DNA of 64,000 bases from a bacterium (lineage in GTDB: Bacteria > Joyebacterota > Joyebacteria > Joyebacterales > Joyebacteraceae), in the NCBI GenBank assembly GCA_025774935.1, contig JALGZK010000017.1, forward strand, positions 3,308 to 67,307, read 5' to 3'. Shown piece by piece: positions 1 through 8,597 of the stretch. The position numbers and the translations under genes were made by a program. Every line of letters begins with the position of its first letter. Position 1 is the first letter of the stretch. The notes under the pieces were generated by a model, which was not told where the DNA came from, did not search any database, and saw nothing but the letters and a program-made list of their open reading frames with translations.

Positions 1-3000
1 GTCTCGCCCTCGCCGGTCGACTGGAGGAAGTCCCCGCTCACGAAGGGCTCCCCGTCGATGGTGACCTGCACCGTCGGCGGGCTCATCTCGACGTGCGTCA
101 TCGGGTCGCCGAGAAGAATGTACGTCCGGTCCTCGGTCGACGACCCCTGTTCCGTTATGACCTTGACGGTCCCCTTCGTGACCACGCCGCCCAGTGACCA
201 CCGGGGCCACGGGTTGTCCTCCGGCGAGCCCTCGGGCGTCGGGTCGAGGAAGAAGGCCTCGAAGACCTTCTCGTTGTAGGTCGCGTTCGGGCCGAGGTAC
301 GCGATGCTTGAGCAGGCGAAGGTGCCGATCGCGCCCTGCCCGCCCGGCCTGAAGAGCATCTGCTCCACGATGCAGTCGACGCTCGTTCCCTCGTGCGAGT
401 CGTAGAACCGCGACAGCTCGCAGGACCATCCGAGGAAGATGAACGGCCTGCCTACGTTGTTGAACCTTGAGATGTCGTTCGTTCCGGTCGTGGCCAGGAT
501 GAGCTGCTCGTGCGTCATCTGGGTCCTGTTCCCGTGGCCTTCGAAGTTCACGATGTTGGTCCCGTTCGAGATCTGGTCGAACATGACGGGCGTGGCGTTG
601 TCGCGCACGTAGTTCGCCGTTTCGAACGCGTAGATGAAGTCGCCGGACGTCGTTTCGCCGTGGAACGGGTCGGTGAACCTGTGAAGAAGGAAGTGCGTCG
701 TGTCGATGCCCGCCGGGTTCGCGTCGACCATCTCGCCCAGTTCGAGGCTCACGGTGGCGAAGCGATCCTCCGAGGTGTAGCGAACGTAGTTCGATCCGAT
801 CGACCGGTACGACCACGAGTCGTCAGCGAGGAAGTAGACGTCGTTCCTCCAGTAGTCGTCGGGCTCATAGTCCTCGTACTCGATGATCTTCTGAACGAGG
901 TTCTCCAGCTGGCTCTGGGGTCCGACCGGGAGCCGGCCGATCATCATCTGCGGGAGGAAGAGCGGTCCGTCGCCGAACGAGATGAACCACTGGTCGCTCG
1001 CCCTCAGCTTGGGTTCGCTCGCGGGCGATCTGATGAAGAGATACGTGGGCAGGTAGTCCGGAGTGCTCGAGTCGAGGGTCTGCTTGGTGTCCTCGTTCGC
1101 ATCACCGACGAGGAGGCACCACTGCGGCTGCCGGTCCCACTCGTCCATGGCGTACTCGAAGAGGTTGCGGATCGCCTCGTGCGAGGGCAGGCCTCCGTTG
1201 AACTCGTCGTAGACCTCCTGGAGCTTCGCGTGCGTCACCACGTGCCCCTGGGACTCACGGAACGCTACGAGAGGCTCCACCCCGTTGTGGTGGCCGTCGT
1301 ACGAGACGACGATGAGGTCGGCCTCCCTCGAGAAGAGGTTGGCGGGCTCGCGCCTCTCGATGTAGATCACCTCGAGCGCGCCGCCCGTCTCGACCGCCTC
1401 GTATCGGGCGAACCCCGAGACGTCCGTCTGGAAGACCAGCCGGTATCCGCCGCCTTGGGGCTCGACGTTCACGGCGTCAAGGGCGAACTCGAGCGGACTC
1501 CACGGATCGGTCACGTCGAAGAGACGTATAGCGTCGTCGTCGAATCCCCCGACTTCGAACTGGCTCAGGCCGGTCTCTCCCCCGCTCGTGCAGGCGAGGC
1601 GACCGTCGACCGTCCGGTAGCTGCGCAGGTAGTCGAACTCGAACCAGTCCAGGTTCGCGCCCGACCAGCCACCCGGGCCGTCCGAGCCCTCCGCGACGAG
1701 CGAGTTCGCGCCGTCGGTGAAGTAGGACGCCGGGATCGGGGACGTCGGGTTCGCGTAGACGTCCTCGTCCATCGAGTAGGAGATGCCGCTGAACTGGAAG
1801 TCGTCGACGTAGTTCGTGGTTCCCGTCCCGTCCTTGATCGAGAAGTCGACGCGGTGGGAGCCGGTCGTGATGCCCTGGTAGCGAGCCCTCAGATAGACCC
1901 CTCCGGACGGGTCGATGTCGTGGATCGAGAACGGCAGCTGGTACTCGTCGTCTTCGTCCCCGTAGAACGTCCAGTGATAGTAGTCGACCTCGTCGTTCGG
2001 GGGGGTCGAGTCGTAGTAGACGTCCTCCTCGAACCTGAGGGTGTCCCGGAAGCTCGCAGGCGGCACGAGGCCGGGCTCGTCGAGCCAGCCCGGCGTCGTC
2101 TCCATCCTGGTCGCGACCCCTTCGCCCCACCCGAACCAGTACACGTTCTCCGTCGTGTAGCGGTCTTCGTAGCCTTCGACCATGACGCCGTCGGCGAAGC
2201 TCAGCGCGTAGAAGTAGAGGTAGTCCGACCCGTCGAAGAGGTCGTTCTCGTTCTCGTCGACCACGACGATCGCCGTCGGTGTCTCGACGAACGGATCGAG
2301 CTCGGCAGGCTCGTACGTCCTTCGGTAGACGCCGATCTCGTCGACCGAGCGCGTGCCGTCGAGGCCCTCGGCCGCGAGGTCCGCGAAGCTCACGCGATAG
2401 AGCCCCGTCTCGCCGATCCAGAGCCGGTAGGCTTCCTCGTCGTCCCGCAGTTCGATCCTCATGTGGGCGCGGCGGGGCTCCGGACGGGCGCGCCACCGCT
2501 TCGCCTGGTCGTAGTTCAGGATCGTGCCGGAGTAGATGCCCTCCCACGCGGGTTCGTGCCGGACCTGGGGGATCATCTCACGCTCGAGCCCGCGAGGGCG
2601 GCCCCGCCAGCGGTCCGCCGCGCGGATCCTCACCCTAACGACGATCCTCGAGTGGAGCGCGAGCTGCCCGGTGCGCGGCGAGTAGTGGAACGGGCTCAGG
2701 AGGACCTGGACGACGCGCTGGTGCCGGAACGTCGACTGCGCACCGAGCTCTGCGGCGGCCGCCGGGTACGAGCCCCCGCGCGCGTAGAACTCCTCGTTCG
2801 GGAGGTACTCCTCGGTCGCGATCGAGAACTCCTCGTCGGAGACGATGCCCTCGACCGGGGCGGGCTCGATGCGATACGGGCCGAGGGCCTCGGTCTCGAG
2901 GGAGACGACCTCGAGGGAGAGCTCCGCCCCGAACGGGACGCCCAGAAGAACGCCCTTCCTCGGGAGCTTCGGGAGGCCGGGCTCCGTCGTCGAGCCGTAC

Positions 3001-3188
3001 AGCGGGACGCGGACCCGGTAATAGGACTCGCCACCGTGCACGACCTCCTCGAGCGAGTAGTCGTCGGTGGCGAGTTCTACGAGTATCTCGTCGTCTGACG
3101 TTTCGAGGACCCGCGGGCCGTTCGCCGCGAGCGCCGGCGCACAGAGCAGGAGCGCGATGACCGCCGCGGACAGACACTTCTGGAGCAT
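1..3188 (-). CDS. Secreted caspase-fold cysteine peptidase, C25 gingipain/PorU-like (partial; C-terminus beyond window start). Over 1060 aa visible
   Basis: Hand translation of minus strand: signal peptide MLQKCLSAAVIALLLCAPALAANG starting at ATG 3186-3188 with GGAGGGGAGAGGG RBS. Near window positions ~600 and ~430 the motifs IVNFEGHGNRTQM (His-Gly) and RPFIFLGWSCELSRF (Ser-Cys) match the catalytic His/Cys dyad arrangement of peptidase C25. Not in ORF track because the stop lies off-window. Confidence 0.55.
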   Translation of the reverse strand, partial: MLQKCLSAAVIALLLCAPALAANGPRVLETSDDEILVELATDDYSLEEVVHGGESYYRVRVPLYGSTTEPGLPKLPRKGVLLGVPFGAELSLEVVSLETEALGPYRIEPAPVEGIVSDEEFSIATEEYLPNEEFYARGGSYPAAAAELGAQSTFRHQRVVQVLLSPFHYSPRTGQLALHSRIVVRVRIRAADRWRGRPRGLEREMIPQVRHEPAWEGIYSGTILNYDQAKRWRARPEPRRAHMRIELRDDEEAYRLWIGETGLYRVSFADLAAEGLDGTRSVDEIGVYRRTYEPAELDPFVETPTAIVVVDENENDLFDGSDYLYFYALSFADGVMVEGYEDRYTTENVYWFGWGEGVATRMETTPGWLDEPGLVPPASFRDTLRFEEDVYYDSTPPNDEVDYYHWTFYGDEDDEYQLPFSIHDIDPSGGVYLRARYQGITTGSHRVDFSIKDGTGTTNYVDDFQFSGISYSMDEDVYANPTSPIPASYFTDGANSLVAEGSDGPGGWSGANLDWFEFDYLRSYRTVDGRLACTSGGETGLSQFEVGGFDDDAIRLFDVTDPWSPLEFALDAVNVEPQGGGYRLVFQTDVSGFARYEAVETGGALEVIYIERREPANLFSREADLIVVSYDGHHNGVEPLVAFRESQGHVVTHAKLQEVYDEFNGGLPSHEAIRNLFEYAMDEWDRQPQWCLLVGDANEDTKQTLDSSTPDYLPTYLFIRSPASEPKLRASDQWFISFGDGPLFLPQMMIGRLPVGPQSQLENLVQKIIEYEDYEPDDYWRNDVYFLADDSWSYRSIGSNYVRYTSEDRFATVSLELGEMVDANPAGIDTTHFLLHRFTDPFHGETTSGDFIYAFETANYVRDNATPVMFDQISNGTNIVNFEGHGNRTQMTHEQLILATTGTNDISRFNNVGRPFIFLGWSCELSRFYDSHEGTSVDCIVEQMLFRPGGQGAIGTFACSSIAYLGPNATYNEKVFEAFFLDPTPEGSPEDNPWPRWSLGGVVTKGTVKVITEQGSSTEDRTYILLGDPMTHVEMSPPTVQVTIDGEPFVSGDFLQSTGEGE

Positions 3189-3302
3189 GCTCAGAACCCT
3201 CTCCCCTCCACCCCCGGCGAACCGTCAGCTCACGGCGCGTCGTCGTTCACGTTGGGTTCCAGCTGCCCTGCCGGCGAAGGCACTCAAGGGTACGGAGGCT
3301 AC

Positions 3303-4673
3303 CTAGTGCGCCACCCTCGGCGCGTACGTGGCGTAGTCGAACTCCGGGCTGTTCTCCTTGTCGTGACAGGCACTGCAGGTCGCAGCCGTCACGACGCCGT
3401 AGGATCCGTCGCGCGCGTGGTCGGTGCCGATCCCGTGACACGCCTCACACTGGACGCTGCGGAGGATCGTCGGCACGCCGACTGATCCATCCTGCGGGAG
3501 GTCGAGGTGGCACGTCACGTGGCAGCGGAGACACTCCGGATTCGTCGATTGGTGCGCTTCCTCCAAGGTCGCGAACGCGTTCGCGTGCGCGGTCTCCATC
3601 CACTGATCGTACTGCGGCAGGTGGCACCGCTTGCAGGAGTCGTTGACACCGACGCAGACCTCCACGTACGCCTGCCTCGCCTGCGCCTTCGCCTCCCTCT
3701 CCCTCGCCCTCGCTGCTGCCCGCTCCTTGCTCAGCTCCTCGACCGCGACCTTGTGCTCCTTGAGCGCGAGCGCCATGACCGCGTCCGACGGGACCGTGTC
3801 GATGAGGGCGACGGCCTTGCCCGTGTAGCCTTCGTAGACGCCGTCGGCGTCGAAGCTCAAGCGGAAGTCCGACATGTACTGACCCTTGTATCCGGGCTGC
3901 ACGAAGACGGCCCCGCTCACCTCGTAGGGATCCGCCGAGAACGCGCTGTGGTTCCCCACGACGACGAAGTCGATCCCGCCGATCTGCCCGGCGATGTCCT
4001 TCGCCCTGGCGAGGCCCGTGTGGCTCAGGAGGATCACGAGATCCGCCTTCGTCCTGAGCTCGGGCACGAGCTCATTGAGAACAGCGTAGGGATCCGCAAT
4101 GGTGACCCCGGACGATTCGACCTCGCGGTGGGTCCTGAGATCGATTGAGGGATCCAGGACCCCCACGACCGCGAGCGTCACCCCCGCCCGTTCCACGATC
4201 ACATAGGGTTCGACGACGAGTTCCCCGGTTGATTCATCGAGGACGTTCGCCGAGACGATGGGCACGCCGCTCTCGTCGAATCGAGCGTGGAAGTAGTCGA
4301 GACCCATGTATAGGTCGTAGGCCCCGATTGTCGTCGCCGCGTATCCGATCTCCGCCATGCCCCTCAGGTTCATCGCGTCGACCATCTCGCGGGCGAACTC
4401 GCGTCGGGTCAGGGAGCTTCCGCCGTCGACGATGAGTTGGAGAGGTACGTTCTGTTCAAGCTGGTTGATGTAGCCGGCCCTCCGGACCAGCCCGCCTTTC
4501 TGGCCCCCGTGTCAGCCACAGGGCTCGAGTTCTCCCCGCGTGTCGGTGGTCACGAGGAGCGCAATCTCGAAGGGACCTTCCGGCCGTTCCACGCGCTCGG
4601 TCGTAGCGCAGCCGGCCGCGACGAGGACCGCCAGCACCACGATGAGTCCCCAACGGTTGACCAAGGCCTTCAC
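3303..4673 (-). CDS. Lipoprotein: degenerate 5'-nucleotidase/metallophosphoesterase-like domain fused to C-terminal tetraheme c-type cytochrome. Reading frame interrupted by in-frame TGA at 4512-4514 (possible pseudogene, sequencing error, readthrough or Sec)
   Basis: ORF 3303..4385 carries 4 CxxCH motifs (CKRCH, CLRCH, CEACH, CSACH) after a UshA-like region (VILLSHTG, VVVGNHS). The same frame continues upstream through TGA to a GTG/TTG start (4673/4664) after GGAGG, encoding lipoprotein signal VKALVNRWGLIVVLAVLVAAGC. UshA-like homology (LLVTTDTRGELEP ... GGLVRRAGYINQLEQNVPLQLIVDGG ... MVDAMNLRGM) spans the stop. Metal-ligand motifs are degenerate (DxH to DTR, GNHE to GAYD). Confidence 0.55.
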
Positions 4674-4714
4674 CTCCCTCGATTCCGCAACTTCGTAAGC
4701 TGCATGTGGTTAGA

Positions 4715-4729
4715 CACGTGTGCTACGTG
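4715..4729. promoter_or_regulatory. Perfect inverted repeat CACGT-N5-ACGTG in the upstream region of the 5'-NT/cytochrome gene; candidate operator
   Basis: cacgtgtgctacgtg palindrome in a lower-GC intergenic stretch, 40-60 nt upstream of the candidate start. Confidence 0.25.
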
Positions 4730-4889
4730 AACATAATAACACGCACCTGAAAGGGGCGCAAGGTGCATCAAACGGGCCGGATACGGGGACGGAACGCACG
4801 AAACCGATGTCGGCGGAACCGGGAGCAGGCGCCGGGCCGACATGACGGGACCGCCCGTTCCGGGGAGGGCGCCGCCTTGGGCACAGCAC

Positions 4890-4924
4890 ACAAAGAAAAA
4901 CGGGTGGCGCGCAATGCGCCACCC
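4890..4924 (-). terminator. Intrinsic terminator of paralog A
   Basis: GGGTGGCGC-gcaat-GCGCCACCC hairpin followed on the minus strand by GTTTTTCTTTG. Confidence 0.6.
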
Positions 4925-4945
4925 GCTCTCTGGAATGTACTCGTG

Positions 4946-5551
4946 CTACCGGTACAGGCTCTTGATCGAGCCCCACGTGGCATCCTCGACCGGCACCGGC
5001 GGGACGCAGTCGCCGTCCAGCGGGGGCATGCAGAGGCCGAAGTTACCGGCGTGGCCGTGCGAGTCGATCGACGCGACGCACCACTCGTCGAGCAGGTTCT
5101 GGCAGTCCGCGCCGACGGGGCCGTCAACGTCGTGCGCCAGAATCGTGATCGTGCCGGGCGTACCGAGGTACAGGTACGTGACCACCGCAGCGACCAGGAC
5201 GCCGTTGGCATCCGGGAACTGGCAGTTGGCGCCAGCCGTGATCGCCCAGCCGGGGGCGACTTCGACATCGCCGAAGTCCAGGCCACCGAGCAGGTTCGTC
5301 TGGGCGAGCTTGAAGCCGCCGAACGTACGGTCGAACTTGAAGGCAGCGCCGAGCATGCCGCCACCAACGCCGAACTGGTCGAAGCAGACGTAGACGTCGA
5401 CGGTCGCGTTCGGGGCCGGACAGACTTCGTTCACGACGTCGTTGCCGGTGTCCATGTCGGCGTCGAGGAAGATCGCCAGGTTCGGGTTATCATCGGCGAA
5501 AGCCGTCGCCGCGAAAGCCAGAACCATCACAACAATCATGAGCCTCTTCAC
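4946..5551 (-). CDS. Small secreted protein, paralog family 1 (A), C-terminal tail PVEDATWGSIKSLYR
   Basis: ORF 4946..5602. Probable GTG start 5549-5551 9 nt after GGAGG. Signal peptide MIVVMVLAFAATAFA-DD. Core LAQTNLLGGLDFGDVE shared with B, C, E. Confidence 0.8.
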   Translation of the reverse strand: MKRLMIVVMVLAFAATAFADDNPNLAIFLDADMDTGNDVVNEVCPAPNATVDVYVCFDQFGVGGGMLGAAFKFDRTFGGFKLAQTNLLGGLDFGDVEVAPGWAITAGANCQFPDANGVLVAAVVTYLYLGTPGTITILAHDVDGPVGADCQNLLDEWCVASIDSHGHAGNFGLCMPPLDGDCVPPVPVEDATWGSIKSLYR

Positions 5552-5865
5552 GATCTCAAACCTCCGTGCTGAAGGAACAGCCGAAACCACACCAATCGTC
5601 AAGCTGCAAGGTCGTCGATCACCTCCTCCTGCTCATCTACATGACAGAGTGTCTCTCGGATGCCAGACGCTCCGAGCGTCAACGCTCCTCACACTTTCGC
5701 ACCTGACCTTAGTATAGCACAAGACCTTGGGTTTTGGAAGAGTTTTTTGTGGCGCTTGGGCGCTCTGCACAGAAGAGACACGAGCGACTCACTGTGAGGC
5801 GTCAGACGGGACGTGGCACGGGTTCCAGGGAGCGTCCGCGATATTGGATGAATACAGGTAACTAG

Positions 5866-5903
5866 AACTGAAGAGGGGGCGGAGCCCGTCAGGCTCCTCC
5901 CCC
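5866..5903 (-). terminator. Intrinsic terminator of paralog B
   Basis: GGGGGCGGAGCC-cgtca-GGCTCCTCCCCC hairpin (1 mismatch). Confidence 0.45.
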
Positions 5904-5928
5904 TCCGCAACGCTCTCGTGATTCAGAC

Positions 5929-6534
5929 CTACCTGTAGAGGGCCTTGATCGTCCCCCAACTCCGGTCCTCGACCGGCACCGCGGGCACGCAGTCGCCGTC
6001 CGGAGGAGGCATGCAGACGCCGAAGTTGCCGGCGAATCCGTGCGAGTCGAGCGACGCGATGCACCAGTCATCCAGGAGGTTGTCGCAGTCCGCGCCGACG
6101 TGACCGTCGACGTCGTGCGCCAGGATCTGGACGATGCCGGGCGTGCCGAGATACAGGTACTGAACCGAGGCAGCCACCACGACGCCGTTGGCATCCGGGA
6201 ACTGGCAGTTGGCGCCGGCCGTGATCGCCCAACCGGGGGCGACTTCGACGTCGCCGAAGTCCAGACCGCCGAGGAGGTTCGTCTGGGCGAGCTTGAAGCC
6301 GGCGAACGTACGGTCGAACTTGAAGGCGGCGCCGAGCATCCCGCCGCCGCCACCGAACTGGTCGAAGCAGACGTAGACCATGATCGTCTCGTTCGGGTTC
6401 GGACAGACCTCGTTCACGACGTCGTTGCCCGTGTCCATGTCGGCATCGAGGAAAATCGCCAACTGCGGGTTCTGATCGGCGAGCGCCGTCACCGCCAGCA
6501 GCAATACGAGCAGAACTGTGACCAGCTGTCTCAC
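5929..6534 (-). CDS. Small secreted protein, paralog family 1 (B), tail PVEDRSWGTIKALYR
   Basis: ORF 5929..6612. Probable GTG start 6532-6534 9 nt after GGGAGGAG. Signal LVTVLLVLLLAVTALA-DQ. About 85% identical to A. Confidence 0.8.
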   Translation of the reverse strand: MRQLVTVLLVLLLAVTALADQNPQLAIFLDADMDTGNDVVNEVCPNPNETIMVYVCFDQFGGGGGMLGAAFKFDRTFAGFKLAQTNLLGGLDFGDVEVAPGWAITAGANCQFPDANGVVVAASVQYLYLGTPGIVQILAHDVDGHVGADCDNLLDDWCIASLDSHGFAGNFGVCMPPPDGDCVPAVPVEDRSWGTIKALYR

Positions 6535-6654
6535 GCTCACACTCCTCCCTTCTCGCTCCCTCGCCTGGTTACCTCGCCACCCATCGGGGACCCGGCATCC
6601 CGCAATCACCACCGCCGTTGCCGCGGTGCCTCACGTTCGCCGGGCCCTGAGATG

Positions 6655-6688
6655 GCGAAGGGGGCGGCGCCGACTGCGCTCCGCCCCC
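6655..6688 (-). terminator. Intrinsic terminator of paralog C
   Basis: GGGGGCGG ... CCGCCCCC 8-bp stem. Confidence 0.45.
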
Positions 6689-6727
6689 ATTGCCACAACG
6701 TATTCACTACCCGGTATTAGCAGTAGC

Positions 6728-7345
6728 TTACCGGTACAGAGACTTGATGGCACCCCAGGTCGCGTCCTCGACCGGGCTGATCGGCTCGCAGTCGCCCGAG
6801 GGCGGAGCCATGCAGACGCCGAAGTGGCCGTCAAACTGGTGCGAGACCGTCGACGGGACGCACCACGTGTCGAGGAGGTTGTCGCAGTCGGAGCCGACAG
6901 GACCGTCGACCGGGTGCGCGAGGATCGTGATGGTGCCGGGCACGCCGAGGTACAGGTACGACACCGACGCGGCAATCACGATGCCGGTGGCGTCCGGGAA
7001 CACGCAGTTCGCGCCGGCCGTGATGGCCCAGCCACCAGCCTCGACATCACCAAAGTCGAGTCCGCCGAGCAGGTTCGTCTGGGCGAGCTTGAACCCACCG
7101 AACGTGCGCTCGAACATGAAGGCAGCGCCGAGCATGCCGCCGCCAACTCCGTCGCCAGCCGGTCCGAACCTGTCAAAGCAGACGTAGACGTCAAACGCCG
7201 CGTTCGGAGGCGGGCAGATCTGCGTCACGGGCGCCGTACCCGTATCGTTGTCGGAGTCGAGGAAGATCGCGAGGTACGGGTTCTGGTCTGCGAGCGCCGG
7301 GAGGGCGAACGCGAGCACCAGGAGAACAATCAGCAACTTCTTCAT
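6728..7345 (-). CDS. Small secreted protein, paralog family 1 (C), tail SPVEDATWGAIKSLYR
   Basis: ORF 6728..7366. ATG 7343-7345 after GGAGGG. Signal MKKLLIVLLVLAFALPALA-DQ. Confidence 0.8.
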   Translation of the reverse strand: MKKLLIVLLVLAFALPALADQNPYLAIFLDSDNDTGTAPVTQICPPPNAAFDVYVCFDRFGPAGDGVGGGMLGAAFMFERTFGGFKLAQTNLLGGLDFGDVEAGGWAITAGANCVFPDATGIVIAASVSYLYLGVPGTITILAHPVDGPVGSDCDNLLDTWCVPSTVSHQFDGHFGVCMAPPSGDCEPISPVEDATWGAIKSLYR

Positions 7346-7543
7346 CGTAGTCCCTCCGTTTCGCACGGAACGGTCATCTTCTCAAGCAGCTCCACAAGTG
7401 GTAAGTAGATGCTCTGGCATCACCTCCCCCAGTGGACGTCGGACAAATTCGTTCCATCAAAAGCCTGAGTCGGGAAATAGAACGAAAGCGCCGTACACCC
7501 TCAACGCCACACACCCACGTCCGTGCAACCGGCCAGAACCTCG

Positions 7544-8116
7544 CTACGGAGCTGCGTGTCCGTAGTGAGCCGAGAACAGGATGAAGTCCTGCAGGCCGAT
7601 CGCACCGCCGCTCCAGTTGTAGTCGCTGCGGCCGACAACGAGGCCATAATCACCCGAGAACTCGATGAAGTCCTGGAGGTTCAGCCAGTTGTTGACATCC
7701 ACGAACAGATCGAACGTCTTGCAGTCCAGGTCGTCACTGTCGTTCAGAACGACCGTATAGATCTGCGCGCCGATCGTGACACCGGGCGTGGCAATGCTCT
7801 CGTCACCAACGACCGTGAAGCGGATCTCGCCATTAGCGTCGGTCTCCGCGTCCACGTTCGCAAACGTGACGTCGCCACCGGTCACCGTGAAGAAGAAGCT
7901 GTTGTACGGAATCCCCTCGATCGGGGTCGTGTCAGCCCTCTTCGCGGTAACAGTGATGTACTCGAAGGCCGGGCCATCGCCAGCAGGGCACGTCGTCATA
8001 CCGAGATCAGGACCGAGATCGCAAGTCGAGAGATCGGGGTCCGGGATTCCGGCGTTAGCGACGCCCGCCGCGAGGACCAGCAGTCCTGCGAGCACACCGG
8101 CAAGCGTTCTTGACAT
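7544..8116 (-). CDS. Secreted protein with two C-terminal tandem repeats (dockerin-like, N/D-x-W...LQDFI-F-S-x-x-YG); lacks the shared tail
   Basis: ORF with GGAGG RBS, signal MSRTLAGVLAGLLVLAAGVANA. Repeats DVNNWLNLQDFIEFSGDYG and SDYNWSGGAIGLQDFILFSAHYG. Confidence 0.65.
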   Translation of the reverse strand: MSRTLAGVLAGLLVLAAGVANAGIPDPDLSTCDLGPDLGMTTCPAGDGPAFEYITVTAKRADTTPIEGIPYNSFFFTVTGGDVTFANVDAETDANGEIRFTVVGDESIATPGVTIGAQIYTVVLNDSDDLDCKTFDLFVDVNNWLNLQDFIEFSGDYGLVVGRSDYNWSGGAIGLQDFILFSAHYGHAAP

Positions 8117-8431
8117 TTTCCTACCTCCTTACAGACAACTCAGACGCTCTGGGATCGCGCTGATGCCCGCGGGTCCACGAGAGACCCGTCAGGAACATAC
8201 TCTGCTGCGTCGGACCTCCTTTCCATGTTAGATGTCCGGTCGCTTTGTGGTGTCCTCTGTCTCAAGGCCACCTTCACGGAGCATTATAGCACAGCTTCCC
8301 TGTGTTTTGCAAGGGGAATCCGACACCACAAAACCCGCAACCGCCTGACAGCCGGGGCTTTGAGGCCTCATGTGAGTGGTTCCCCCCTGGTGGTCTGCAA
8401 GAACTGAGCCCGTGGGTCTATTCGTTGCTCA

Positions 8432-8480
8432 AAGTGGCAAAAACGGGCTCGCCCGCTGGTATCGGTGGGGGGGCGAGCCC
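8432..8480 (-). terminator. Intrinsic terminator downstream of paralog E
   Basis: GGGCTCGCCC-N16-GGGCGAGCCC perfect 10-bp stem, followed on minus strand by GTTTTTGCC. Confidence 0.45.
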
Positions 8481-8597
8481 GAATTCGACACCTCACAAAG
8501 GTATTATACGATACCCCGCCCGGCCGCGCAAGAGAAATCCGATGACGATTTCGTGCGACAGGTGACGCACATGGCGTCCGCGGAACTACGTCCGGTC

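Noticed and set aside
510-3098. 862-aa plus-strand ORF rich in Arg/Val/Asp/Glu, and similar long Arg-rich ORFs across the window (e.g. 13059..16436, 36663..39344, 28131..29960, 9669..11699 N-terminal part)
   Set aside because: Typical antisense or out-of-frame shadow ORFs of a high-GC genome. Each overlaps a minus-strand gene with clear family motifs, and their composition is Arg-dominated with no domain signatures.
4512-4514. Selenocysteine at the in-frame TGA of the 5'-NT/cytochrome gene
   Set aside because: Local context (CG-U-HGG in a degenerate phosphoesterase motif region) is not a redox site, and no obvious SECIS-like hairpin was seen directly downstream. Error or pseudogene is more likely, but retained as a possibility in the finding.
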